DNA from: an uncultured Verrucomicrobiota bacterium
Lineage (GTDB): Bacteria > Verrucomicrobiota > Verrucomicrobiia > CAIQCK01
Assembly (NCBI GenBank): GCA_964524715.1
Contig: CAZGGF010000276.1
Span: 6,135 to 70,134 of the forward strand
Direction of reading: 5' to 3'
Length of the DNA: 64,000 nucleotides
This document shows positions 51,848 through 61,312 of the stretch, piece by piece (within the stretch, counting starts at the first letter, position 1; each line of letters starts with the position of its first letter). The notes beneath the pieces were generated by a model, which was not told where the DNA came from, made no database searches, and worked only from the letters and a program-made list of their open reading frames with translations. Made by a program: the position numbers and the translations under genes.

Positions 51848-52606
51848 CTACCGCTGCAACTCCAACCACAGGGCGCGGTAGTATTTCATCAGGCGCACCG
51901 GGTCGGTCGTCTCGGCGATCTCGCAGAGGGTGAAGCGGTCGTAGTTGATCTGCTTGAAGCACGCAAACAACTCGCGCCACGGATAGGCGGGGTTGCAAAG
52001 TTCGTTGATGTGGCAACTCTTGATGTCCTTGGCGAGAAGGTGGAAGTACTCCTTCACGGAGCCGTTGACGATGTCACCGGCATTGGAATTCCAGCAAGCA
52101 CCGACGGCAGGATGTTTGCAGTGGTCGAGAATCTCACGGATATGCGGCGGGTGGGAGCTGTCCTTGCCGTGAACCTCCAGCCAGATTTCAACGCCGAGAT
52201 CGCCTGCCACCTTGCCGCACTCGGCGAGGGACTTGCCGATCTGCTCCAGGGTCTTGTGGACGGGCACATCCTTGGGGATGCCGTTGGGACGAACCTTGAC
52301 GCCGCGCGCGCCGATGTCGGCGGCAAGCTTGGCGAACTCCGCGCAGGTGGCGATATTCTTGCGAACGACAGCCGGGTCAGGCGAGTGAAACTCGCATGTG
52401 GAGCCAAGCCCCCAGATGGTAAGGCCGCCATCGGCGCAGCGTTTTTTCACTTCCTTGCGCTGCTCCGCGGTGAGCGACGGCTCGACGCCGTGGGCGTGTG
52501 TGGTGCGGAACTCCACACCCTCAAAGCCGGTGGCCTTGCAGTTCTTGATGATGGTGGCGAGCTCCCACTTGGGAGCGAGATTGTAGGTGACGAGTCCGAG
52601 TTTCAT
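51848..52606 (-). CDS. Sugar phosphate isomerase/epimerase (xylose-isomerase-like TIM barrel)
   Basis: Start set at MKLGLVTYNLAPKW (CAT 52604-52606). GFEGVEFR...GLTIWGLGS...GARGVKVRPNG...IWLEVHG. Confidence 0.75.
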   Translation of the reverse strand: MKLGLVTYNLAPKWELATIIKNCKATGFEGVEFRTTHAHGVEPSLTAEQRKEVKKRCADGGLTIWGLGSTCEFHSPDPAVVRKNIATCAEFAKLAADIGARGVKVRPNGIPKDVPVHKTLEQIGKSLAECGKVAGDLGVEIWLEVHGKDSSHPPHIREILDHCKHPAVGACWNSNAGDIVNGSVKEYFHLLAKDIKSCHINELCNPAYPWRELFACFKQINYDRFTLCEIAETTDPVRLMKYYRALWLELQR

Positions 52607-52757
52607 CGCGCTGTCGGGTTCCTTTCTGTTGACGCGGGAGTGTGACACGACGCGGGGAATTTTCAAGAGCGGGGACAACGGTAGTTTTTCCTTTCCATCC
52701 TGCCGGGTTGCCCCACTATACGGAACGATACTTCTCATACGAGGAAAGGACACGACC

Positions 52758-53147
52758 ATGTTGAAGCAAGGCATTCTGAATCCGGCGATCAATTCGCTGC
52801 TCAGCCGCGTGCGCCACACCAACACGCTGGTCATCGCCGACCGCGGCTTTCCGTTCTGGCCGGAGATCGAAACGGTCGATATCTCGCTGGTGGACGGCGT
52901 GCCGACGGTATTGCAGGTGCTCGCCGCCATACGGTCCAACTTCGTCATCGGCCGCGTGTTCATGGCGGAGGAGTTCATCCGCAACAACTCGAAGGCGGTG
53001 CAGAACGCCTTTACCAGGACGCTGGCCGGCGTGCCATTCGCGTTTGAGGCGCACATTGAATTCAAGAAACGCGTGCCGCGCGCCATCGGCCTTATCCGCA
53101 CCGGCGACACGATCCAATATGCCAACACGATCATCGAATCCGCCTGA
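52758..53147 (+). CDS. RbsD/FucU-family sugar mutarotase/pyranase
   Basis: Start set at MLKQGILNPAINSLLSRVRHTNTLVIADRGFPFW (52758). 129 aa, typical size and N-terminal pattern. Confidence 0.7.
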   Translation: MLKQGILNPAINSLLSRVRHTNTLVIADRGFPFWPEIETVDISLVDGVPTVLQVLAAIRSNFVIGRVFMAEEFIRNNSKAVQNAFTRTLAGVPFAFEAHIEFKKRVPRAIGLIRTGDTIQYANTIIESA

Positions 53148-53160
53148 CAAATCCGCACCT

Positions 53161-54252
53161 ATGACCGAACAACTTTTCCATAAAACCGCCGCGCAGCTCG
53201 ACGCGCGCAACCTGAAGGAACGTCTGGCCGCGCTGGTCAAACTGCGCGGACTGGAGCAACGCGGCGCCATCAGTTCCGCAATGCCAAAGATCGGTCCTGC
53301 GCTGCCTTCCTACGATCACGTTCACACCAACGCCTCCTACGGCAACGCCGCGCCCGGTGTTTTCTCGGTGGCGCGCATGGTTTGGGCCGCGCACGAAGCG
53401 CGGGCGTTTTCCATCCTCAGCGTCGAGCACGAATCAGTGGCGCACATGGACGAGGCGATCCAGGCGGCGACCATCGTCAACCGCGGCATGGAGCAGCCGT
53501 TGCGGCTGGCGCTGGCCGTCGAGTTCAAGGCGCCCATCGCTCTGAATGACGCCGTCTCGAAGAAATTCAGCGACGCCATCCTGAAGACGTGGGGCCAGGG
53601 CGAGGCAGCGTGGGTTGTCGCAGTGGGCGCGCGCCGCACGCCGGAACTGGAGCGGCTCGTCCGCCGGTTCCAGGAAGCGAAGCGCGTGCGTTCGGAACAA
53701 CAACTGGAAAAGTTGAACAAGCACTTGAAGCTCAAGCGGTCACTGAAACTCTCCGATATCCTCACGTCCGAAGGCAACGTCACGGACCGGCAGTTGACGC
53801 TGGCGGTGGCACGCGCCGAGTTGGGCGACGTGGACGAGAAGGCTCTCGCGCGCCGCGGCGGCGAGGTGCGACGGATGCTGAACCCGGGCGGCCCGGCGTA
53901 CGCGCCGTTTCCGCCGGGACTGCCGACATATCAGGAACTGGTTGGCCAGCTTGCGCGTTGGGGCTCATTGCCCACATTTACCGCGCAGCTTCGCGAGCAG
54001 ACGCTGGAGGAATTTCTTCCAACGTTGAAATCGTGGGGCATGGCGGCGCTGGACACGGCGGGCATCGAGCCCTACGAACCCAACGCAGCGCGCGATATTG
54101 CGACATTCGTCCGGCTGGCGGAGCAGTACCAACTGGCGTTCTTTGGCGGCTCCGACTACCGCGGTGTCGGCACCGGATGGCAGGAGCACGCTCCGTGGAT
54201 GGACCATCCGCTGATCCGCGCCTCCATTGAGCGCGTGGCGCACCGGTTTTAG
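53161..54252 (+). CDS. PHP-domain metal-dependent phosphoesterase-like protein
   Basis: Start set at MTEQLFHK (53161). YDHVHTNASYG, ILSVEHES and FFGGSDYRG resemble PHP motifs. Confidence 0.55.
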   Translation: MTEQLFHKTAAQLDARNLKERLAALVKLRGLEQRGAISSAMPKIGPALPSYDHVHTNASYGNAAPGVFSVARMVWAAHEARAFSILSVEHESVAHMDEAIQAATIVNRGMEQPLRLALAVEFKAPIALNDAVSKKFSDAILKTWGQGEAAWVVAVGARRTPELERLVRRFQEAKRVRSEQQLEKLNKHLKLKRSLKLSDILTSEGNVTDRQLTLAVARAELGDVDEKALARRGGEVRRMLNPGGPAYAPFPPGLPTYQELVGQLARWGSLPTFTAQLREQTLEEFLPTLKSWGMAALDTAGIEPYEPNAARDIATFVRLAEQYQLAFFGGSDYRGVGTGWQEHAPWMDHPLIRASIERVAHRF

Positions 54253-54360
54253 ACTTCGCTGATCGTGGATCAGGACCGGACGCCAGCGGATCATCGTGCA
54301 GATGCAGGATTGCAACCGCGGTGGCAGGCAGTTAGAATCGATTACAAGAGTTTTGGAAAA

Positions 54361-54681
54361 ATGAAGACGCTCTCTCTGATGGTTTTGCTGGCGACCGTGT
54401 GCGTGATTGCAGTCGCAGACGACGTGAAGCCCCCCGTAATGCCCAAAAAGAACAAGATCGTCTTCGAGTATTCCTACCCGCCCCCGGCAACACAAAAGCC
54501 ACCGACTTCAGCCGAGACTGCTCCGATTCCGCGCACCGGTTCAAAAGAATGGCTGCAGCGCGTGGACCAGCGCGACCGAAAGCTGATGGCGCCTTGGGAA
54601 TGGCAGCGCCTGAGCTCCTGGCGGGAAGCATACTCCTTTGCCGAACTGCCGCCGTCGGTGAACGGATTCACCAGCCGGTGA
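54361..54681 (+). CDS. Small secreted hypothetical protein (106 aa)
   Basis: MKTLSLMVLLATVCVIAVADD signal peptide. No family recognised. Confidence 0.5.
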   Translation: MKTLSLMVLLATVCVIAVADDVKPPVMPKKNKIVFEYSYPPPATQKPPTSAETAPIPRTGSKEWLQRVDQRDRKLMAPWEWQRLSSWREAYSFAELPPSVNGFTSR

Positions 54682-54688
54682 CCGTTTC

Positions 54689-55516
54689 TTACTCCTCGCC
54701 GATTGTCCGCCGACCATCTGCCGGCGGCAAGGGCGGTTCCACTCGTTTCACTTTTCCCGCGGCAAATTTCGCCACTTGGTGCGCGACGCGGTGCAACACT
54801 CGCACATCGCGGTTCTCCAACACGGCACGGGTGAAGACGCGCCGCAGCGGACGGGCAAACGATTCCGGGTCGTCGTGGTGCGGTCGAAACCCCACCTGCA
54901 TCATTGCGCTGACGAAATGCTGGATGGCGCGCTCGACTTCAAGGTCAGGGGCAAGGTCGAGCTTGGGGCCGGCGATCTTGCCGAAGCTGCCAAGGAAGAT
55001 TTCGTAGGCAACCACCTGCACGGCTTGCGCAAGGTTCAACGACGGCACGCGGTGGACCGCCGGCACCGTGGTGCAGAGATGGCACCGCCCCAGTTCATTG
55101 TCGTAGAGCCCCTTGTCCTCGCGACCGAACACGATGCCCACACGGAACTTCTGCGATACCTCAACGAGGTGCGGCACGATTTCGCGAATGGGCTGCACCT
55201 GCGGAACGCCAGCGTCACGCGAGCGATGCGTGGTGCCGACGATTCGATGGATTCCTTCAAATGCCTCATCGAGCGAACCGACAATGCGCGCGCCCTGCAA
55301 TACGTCATCCGCACCGTGGGCAAACGCCTGCGCCTGACGGTTGTCCTTGAACCTGCACCCGCCAACTACGATCAGCTCGGTGAAGCCCATCGTCTTGATG
55401 GCGCGCGCAGCGCTGCCGACGTTGCCGGGCGTCTGTGGCTCAACGATGATGAACGCTACGTTGGCCAGATTGCGCGGCACCGTCAGGTCGAGGACTTTGT
55501 GCGAAGGTCTTTTCAT
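54689..55516 (-). CDS. trmJ: SpoU/TrmH-class tRNA (cytidine/uridine-2'-O)-methyltransferase, TrmJ-like
   Basis: VAFIIVEPQTPGNVGSAARAIKTMGF, VGIVFGREDKGLYDNEL and SLNLAQAVQVVAYE align block-for-block with recalled E. coli TrmJ. Confidence 0.82.
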   Translation of the reverse strand: MKRPSHKVLDLTVPRNLANVAFIIVEPQTPGNVGSAARAIKTMGFTELIVVGGCRFKDNRQAQAFAHGADDVLQGARIVGSLDEAFEGIHRIVGTTHRSRDAGVPQVQPIREIVPHLVEVSQKFRVGIVFGREDKGLYDNELGRCHLCTTVPAVHRVPSLNLAQAVQVVAYEIFLGSFGKIAGPKLDLAPDLEVERAIQHFVSAMMQVGFRPHHDDPESFARPLRRVFTRAVLENRDVRVLHRVAHQVAKFAAGKVKRVEPPLPPADGRRTIGEE

Positions 55517-55723
55517 TAAAGCAGCAACCAGTTACCAGGTACAATTGGGGCAGGACGATAGAGAGTCCGCAGGGGCTTGACGAGTGGTTTTTCGCCAGCA
55601 TCCGGTGAAGAGAAACAACTTCGCGCTCTCCTCTGGTGAAGCAGAATCAGACGGAATGATCCGCGCCCTGCCCCATGCGTCCATGGGCGTCAGCCGGTCG
55701 CAGCACCCATTGCCACAATGCGA

Positions 55724-56476
55724 CTATTGGTTGGGAGAAGAAGGAGGCGGGGGCGCGCCGTCGCCACCCGGCGCTGGCGTCGAGCCAGGTTTGATGTGGA
55801 TGGTGAATCCCTGTTTGCTGACGACCTCGCGAAGTTTCTCGTCTTCCCGCATCTTGCGGAAGAAATCCCGCACCTGGTCGCCGGTGACTTTCTGCTCCTT
55901 GCCATCGGCATCGGTGTAGGTAAGCGTGGAAGTGCCCCCACCAAAGGGACCGCGTCCGCCAGGACCGCCACGACCACCCGGCCCGCCACGAAAACCGGTC
56001 GCCAACCCCGCCTCGCCCTCGGGCTTCTCCAACACCAGAGTATAGATGGTCTTGGGCATGCCTTCGTGGATAATCTCAAGCCGCGCGGTTGTGGCAAAGT
56101 TCCGTTTATCGAGGGCTTCCTGGAGTGTTTCCACACTCGTCAACGGTTGGCCGTCAGCACGAAGCAGCACGTCGTAGCGTTCGACGCCAGCCACGGCGGC
56201 AGGACCTTCGTTGGAGACATCCACGACCGTCAAGCCGGCGTTTTCAGGCAAGCCCTGTAAGTATTTCTTCAGGTGCACCCGCGTCGAACCCATCAGCGGC
56301 ATGACGCGCAAGCCAATCCACTTCTGGGGCCCCTTGTCCTTCGTCGCGGTAGTATTGGAGGATCGCCTCGATTGAGCCTTCGGCTGCGTGGGCGTGGTCG
56401 TCTCCGCCTGGCCAAACCCGGAGGTCGGAAGAAGTGCGAGCACACATCCGGCAAGAATAGTTTGCATCAGTTTCAT
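55724..56476 (-). CDS. Secreted PDZ-domain protein with Gly/Pro-rich linker
   Basis: Start set at MKLMQTILAGCVLALLPTSGFG (56476). The PDZ-like segment is GLTVVDVSNEGPAAVAGVERYDVLLRADGQPL. Low-complexity stretch: GFRGGPGGRGGPGGRGPFGGG. Confidence 0.6.
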   Translation of the reverse strand: MKLMQTILAGCVLALLPTSGFGQAETTTPTQPKAQSRRSSNTTATKDKGPQKWIGLRVMPLMGSTRVHLKKYLQGLPENAGLTVVDVSNEGPAAVAGVERYDVLLRADGQPLTSVETLQEALDKRNFATTARLEIIHEGMPKTIYTLVLEKPEGEAGLATGFRGGPGGRGGPGGRGPFGGGTSTLTYTDADGKEQKVTGDQVRDFFRKMREDEKLREVVSKQGFTIHIKPGSTPAPGGDGAPPPPSSPNQ

Positions 56477-56622
56477 GTTCAGTTCTTTCCTCAATTCAAA
56501 CGCCGCTAATGAGCCGATTCCATTACACAACCTCTCGTACCCGGCGCGTATTCTGCGACCCATTTGGGACAAAGCATGTATTTTGGGGGATAGACTCACA
56601 AACAACCGCGACGGATATTCGT

Positions 56623-57399
56623 TCAGGCGAACCGCAGTTTTTCCTCCAATTCGCGGATACCACGAGTCATCGGCAACTGCTTCCCGTCGTTCAGGACGAC
56701 GACATATTCACCCTTGAAAAGCGGTTGAAGCTCACGAACTTGGTCGAAGTTGACCAGGACGGAGCGGCTGATGCGCAGGAACAGTTTCGGGTCAAGCTGC
56801 GCCTCCAGCGAGGCCAGTGTTTCACGGAGGACATGGTTCTGCTTGCCGACATGCAACACAACGTAATTGCCCGCCGACTCGATCCATTCGATCTGATCGA
56901 CTTTCACCAGCACGACACGCTCGTTCTCCCTCACGGTCAGTCGATGGAGATAGACTGGCGGGGTCTTGCGATCACCCAATAACTGCATCAACCGCTTTGA
57001 GACGTCGTCCGTCTGCCGCCGCGCAATCTGCTCGCGCACACGCTGCACAGCCTCCTTGAGGCGCACCTGCTTGAAAGGCTTCAGCAGATAGTCCAGCGCA
57101 TGGACCTCGAACGCCTTCACAGCATGCTGATCGTAAGCCGTCACAAAGATGACCACCGGCAACTCATCCTTGCCAAGCCGGCTCAACAACTCAAAACCGT
57201 CCATTTCCGGCATCTGCACGTCCAGGAACAGCAGATTCACCGGCTGTCTCCTGATGGCTGCAAGCGCCTCGTCGCCATTGGCGCACTCGCCAACAACTTC
57301 GATGTCCGTTTCCTTGGCAAGAAGGGTCCGGATACGCTCGCGAGCGAGAGGCTCGTCATCCACGATAAGTGTTTTGATTTTCAAGTGGCTTCCTTCCAC
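56623..57399 (-). CDS. LytR/AlgR-family response regulator (receiver + LytTR DNA-binding domain)
   Basis: LIVDDEPLARERI...LLFLDVQMPEMDGFEL...FVTAYD, then LytTR (IEWIESAGNYVVLHV...RISRSVLVN). Confidence 0.88.
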   Translation of the reverse strand: MEGSHLKIKTLIVDDEPLARERIRTLLAKETDIEVVGECANGDEALAAIRRQPVNLLFLDVQMPEMDGFELLSRLGKDELPVVIFVTAYDQHAVKAFEVHALDYLLKPFKQVRLKEAVQRVREQIARRQTDDVSKRLMQLLGDRKTPPVYLHRLTVRENERVVLVKVDQIEWIESAGNYVVLHVGKQNHVLRETLASLEAQLDPKLFLRISRSVLVNFDQVRELQPLFKGEYVVVLNDGKQLPMTRGIRELEEKLRFA

Positions 57400-58817
57400 T
57401 CCGGTTCGGGCTCCAAAGGTTCAAACCGAAGCGGCATTTGCAGATTGACGGAAAAACCACCATCCGCCGAGGGCTGCACGATCAGTTGCGCATTAGTCCC
57501 GTAAAGCTCCTGGAGCCGTGCACGGGTGTTGGCCAAACCGATGCCGGGCCGGCGGGCAGGCGGGGTCGCGGTGAACACGCCCGTACCACTGTTGCTGACG
57601 GTCAGTTTCAGAAACGCGCCTTCGCGCTCGGCACAGATCGTGACGAGGCCCGGATTACGCATAGGTTCGATGCCGTGCCGGATGGCATTCTCCGCCAGCG
57701 GCTGCAAGATCATGACCGGAACTTGCGCGTTGATCACAGCCGGATTGATCTTCTTTTCGACGCGCAACCGGTCGCCCAGCCGCATCTGCTCGATCTCCAG
57801 ATAGCAGTCCAGGAATTCCAGTTCTTTTCGCAGCGGCACCTCCTGCAATTCGGAATGGTCAAGCGCCAACCGCAGCAGGTTGCTGAGATTGGCGATCATG
57901 TCATCGGCAACATGCGGGTCCTTGTGAATCAGCGTTGCGATGGCATTCAGTGTGTTGAAAAGAAAATGCGGGTGTAGTTGCATCTTCAGTGCCTGCAATC
58001 TCGCCTGTGCCAGACTCGCCGACAGCTCCAGCGCCTTGCGTTCGCGCTCTTGCGAGCGGCGAAAATAGGTCAGCGCATGGACGGCGCAAACGATCGCCCA
58101 GTAAACAGGCACATGCGACCGCGCCCGCAACCAAAACCATGAGGAAGGCTGAGGCCTGCGCCCGCGGCGATCCACCAGCCCGCCCCGCGCCCCGTCATCT
58201 CTCGACTCCGTGCGATCCCCCATGGAGGACGAAGACACGTTGGCGCCACCACCCCCAGAGGCCGGTGTCGTATCGGACGGAAAACCAAAACCACGGTCGG
58301 TTTCGGTTCTCGGTCCGGAAGAAGACTGGCGCCACTGCTGCCAATCGCTCCTCCATGTCGTCGGCGGCAACATCCAGTCCGCGATGTAACTGCAAGCCAC
58401 CACGGCCAGCGCGCAGCCCGCCACGTGACCAGGCGCGCTCAGCCACAACATCTTTCTCTCAAAAGGCAACCGCCGCGTAACCCAGACAACCGCGGGCGAC
58501 AGCAATATCCACGGAACCCAATCACGCACGGAAATCCGCAGCGACTGTTCCCAACTGAACCCGGCAGCGAGCATAAAATAACCGGCCATCGCCACCGTCA
58601 GCAGCGTCCAGAACGCAAGACACGCGCTGCAAACGACGAAGATTTGGGTTCGATGCTCTCGCACGTTCGATAATATAACCCGTTCCATCCGATGCGTACA
58701 AAGGCTAAAACCACCCGCACCGTCGAACAACGACACCGGGACGAAAGCTGCCCTTCCCAAGACCGAATGGGAAAAACCGGTGATGAATAACGAAAAACGA
58801 CAACGTCCGGTTGACAT
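57381..58817 (-). CDS. LytS/YehU-type sensor histidine kinase
   Basis: The His_kinase signature HPHFLFNTLNAIATLI plus a HATPase_c domain (LQPLAENAIRHG...GIGLANTRARL). It overlaps the regulator by 19 nt. The start is uncertain (an alternative is MERVILSNV near 58688). An Ser/Gly/Arg-rich low-complexity segment of about 80 aa lies between the TM region and the kinase. Confidence 0.82.
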   Translation of the reverse strand: MSTGRCRFSLFITGFSHSVLGRAAFVPVSLFDGAGGFSLCTHRMERVILSNVREHRTQIFVVCSACLAFWTLLTVAMAGYFMLAAGFSWEQSLRISVRDWVPWILLSPAVVWVTRRLPFERKMLWLSAPGHVAGCALAVVACSYIADWMLPPTTWRSDWQQWRQSSSGPRTETDRGFGFPSDTTPASGGGGANVSSSSMGDRTESRDDGARGGLVDRRGRRPQPSSWFWLRARSHVPVYWAIVCAVHALTYFRRSQERERKALELSASLAQARLQALKMQLHPHFLFNTLNAIATLIHKDPHVADDMIANLSNLLRLALDHSELQEVPLRKELEFLDCYLEIEQMRLGDRLRVEKKINPAVINAQVPVMILQPLAENAIRHGIEPMRNPGLVTICAEREGAFLKLTVSNSGTGVFTATPPARRPGIGLANTRARLQELYGTNAQLIVQPSADGGFSVNLQMPLRFEPLEPEPEWKEAT

Positions 58818-58891
58818 CGCCGACCCGCCTGATTACAGGCTAGGACACGCGGCAAATCGCACCCCCCAGCCTAGCGCGCACAAGCTGGCGT

Positions 58892-59824
58892 TCACTGCTG
58901 ACGCAGAACCATCGGCTGGAAGGTCTTATGGATGTACTCGATGTCGGCCTGCACTTGCGGATAAACCGCAGCAGGCGCCCATGAGATCACCCGATAGGCG
59001 CATTCGTTCTCTTTGCTGATATAAACCGTGCAACAATATCGCCGTTCCGTCCCATCCTGAGTGGCCCGGGCCTCCAACCGCATGGCTTCGAGCTTGTTGA
59101 TGGTCTTCTTCTCCTCTTTTTCAACCACCACGTCGGGGTTCAAGGCGCGCACGTCGGCCAGACAACGGTCCCGCAGCGCCAGTAGCGACGGCATGCCCCG
59201 CTCAACATAAATGCGGGTCTGGGCGCGCAACGAGTGCTGGTTCAATACGGCCACAGTGTCTGTGGGACGAACAGCCGGCAAATCCTCCAACCACTCGCGC
59301 GCAGGTACAATGAAACCAAACCTCCACTGTTTGTTGATGTAATAACGTCCGCCGCGAGCCCCGGGGCTGTCAGGAACCTCCCGAACATGCGGCGCACTCT
59401 CGATCTTCCAGAGTTGCTGCGTGTAGGTAAAAACACCCACCAACATGCCAAGCACTAAACCAATCGCGCCGGCCAGATGGCCGCTCACAGTTCGATGGCG
59501 GCCCGGAAAAAAAATGCGAAAAAAACCCGTCAGCGCCAGCAGCACCGCCACGCCGCTGCACCCGTAACGCGCATAGTGAGTCAAGCGTGTCAGCCGGTAA
59601 ACTTGCGGGGCCGTCAACGACGGCCCCAGAAGTTGCTCCATCGGCAGAAATGCAACCAGCGCGACCGCCACCGACGCGTACACGTAATGATTTTTTCCTG
59701 CTCCTTGCGACCGCCAGACCCACACCAACCATCCGCTGCCCAAGACGACGAAAGCCATGTAGATCAACGCTTGTAACAGCGCGCTTTCGTAATCCTCAGG
59801 CGTTGTCGTGCGAAACGGGTTCAC
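58892..59824 (-). CDS. Integral membrane protein, unknown function
   Basis: 310-aa ORF with four or more hydrophobic helices followed by a soluble C-terminal domain. It contains T7 and T8 homopolymer tracts. Confidence 0.55.
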   Translation of the reverse strand: MNPFRTTTPEDYESALLQALIYMAFVVLGSGWLVWVWRSQGAGKNHYVYASVAVALVAFLPMEQLLGPSLTAPQVYRLTRLTHYARYGCSGVAVLLALTGFFRIFFPGRHRTVSGHLAGAIGLVLGMLVGVFTYTQQLWKIESAPHVREVPDSPGARGGRYYINKQWRFGFIVPAREWLEDLPAVRPTDTVAVLNQHSLRAQTRIYVERGMPSLLALRDRCLADVRALNPDVVVEKEEKKTINKLEAMRLEARATQDGTERRYCCTVYISKENECAYRVISWAPAAVYPQVQADIEYIHKTFQPMVLRQQ

Positions 59825-59851
59825 GATGTGCAGAATGGGGGTCGGCGCGGT

Positions 59852-60952
59852 TTACGATTGGATCAGCGGCAACCGGTATTGCTCGGCAATCTTGCCAAAC
59901 CTAATGCCACCTTCGACCATGTTGAGACCTGACCGAATTGCGGGATTTTCGTCTGCCGCGCGCTCCCAGCCCTTGCTAGCTATCTCCTGCACGTAGGGAA
60001 ACGTCGCATTGGTCAGAGCAGAGGTCGAGGTACGCGCCACTGCACCAGGCATGTTCGTCACGCAATAATGAACGACGCCATGCTTGATGAACGTCGGCGC
60101 GTCGTGCGTCGTCGGGCGCGACGTGGCAATGCTGCCGCCCTGGTCAATCGCCACGTCCACGATCACCGCGCCGTGCTTCATGCGCTTTACCAACTCCTCG
60201 CTCACCAACACCGGCGCCTTCGCGCCCGGCACCAGTACCGCGCCAATGAGCAGGTCGGCCTGCTGCACAACATCGCGGATGTTGTAGGTGTTGCTCATCA
60301 AAGTCTTGACGTTCTTCGGCATGACATCGTCCAAATAACGCAGCCTCGGCAATGACACGTCGAGGATCGTCACGTCCGCACCCAGTCCCGCTGCCATCTT
60401 CGCCGCGTTGGCGCCAACGACGCCACCGCCGATTACAACCACCTTGGCCGGCGCCACACCCGGCACGCCTGCCAGCAGCAGTCCCCGCCCCTTGAAAGGC
60501 TCCTCAAGGTACTTGGCCCCTTCATGCACCGCCATCCGGCCCGCGATTTCGCTCATCGGCACCAACAGCGGCAACGAGCCATCCGCCGCTTGTACCGTCT
60601 CGTAGGCGATCGCCACAATGCGCGCCTTTATGGCCGCCTCGACCAGAGCCCGGCTGGATGCGAAATGAAAATAGGTGAAAATGACTTGTTTCGGTTGTAG
60701 CTGCCGGAACTCCGACGGTTGCGGCTCCTTCACCTTTACAATCATCCCGGCTCGCGAATACACCTCTTTCGCCGAACCCACTACCGTCGCACCGGCCTCG
60801 CGATAATCCTCGTCGCGCGCACCGCTGCCCACTCCTGCGTCGCGTTGCACCAGCACTTGATGTCCCGCCTTGCGCAAGACGTGTGCATGAACCGGCAGGA
60901 GCCCCACTCGATACTCGTGATTTTTGATTTCCCGAGGAATGCCGATGATCAT
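59852..60952 (-). CDS. ald: Alanine dehydrogenase
   Basis: Start set at MIIGIPREIKNHEYRVGLLP (60952). VVVIGGGVVGANAAKMAAGLGA is the Rossmann motif. Confidence 0.9.
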   Translation of the reverse strand: MIIGIPREIKNHEYRVGLLPVHAHVLRKAGHQVLVQRDAGVGSGARDEDYREAGATVVGSAKEVYSRAGMIVKVKEPQPSEFRQLQPKQVIFTYFHFASSRALVEAAIKARIVAIAYETVQAADGSLPLLVPMSEIAGRMAVHEGAKYLEEPFKGRGLLLAGVPGVAPAKVVVIGGGVVGANAAKMAAGLGADVTILDVSLPRLRYLDDVMPKNVKTLMSNTYNIRDVVQQADLLIGAVLVPGAKAPVLVSEELVKRMKHGAVIVDVAIDQGGSIATSRPTTHDAPTFIKHGVVHYCVTNMPGAVARTSTSALTNATFPYVQEIASKGWERAADENPAIRSGLNMVEGGIRFGKIAEQYRLPLIQS

Positions 60953-61312
60953 GGGCCAAGAATAAAAGCCGCGGGGCATCGCTGCAAGACAGAACCATTG
61001 GCCCTTGCCAGCACAAAAAAGAAAAGCTGTCGAGTGAACGATGGCAGGTGATTTCCGCCTGCCGACGTTTCACGCGCCAGCTTTGTTGTCTTCTGCGACG
61101 AAGAAAGTAGTGGGAGGCCCCCTGATGCCAGGGGGAACGACCAGACCGCCGAGTCGGTTGATCGCCTGAGGAATCACCTCCCACAAAAATCAATTGTCAA
61201 ATACCGCCATCGGACATCACTCACACTATCGACAACGCAAAATGGTCTCTTCAGAATAAAATGCAAGTGAAACTTTCTTCATACGCTTTCAGATTTTTCT
61301 GCAAGGGCGATT

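Noticed and set aside
52607-53158. An N-terminal extension that makes the TIM-barrel gene a 436-aa ORF (51848-53158).
   Set aside because: The extension runs antisense through the RbsD/FucU gene and has no homology-like features. The isomerase domain begins cleanly at MKLGLVTYN (52606).
61118-61135. The hairpin CCCCCTG-ATGC-CAGGGGG, and a second one (GGCAGG...CCTGCC, ~61044-61064), in the 360-nt ald leader / rdgB downstream region. I considered these as a riboswitch or terminator.
   Set aside because: There is no adjacent U-tract in either orientation, and I could recognise no known riboswitch consensus. They may be weak terminators, but I cannot support that.
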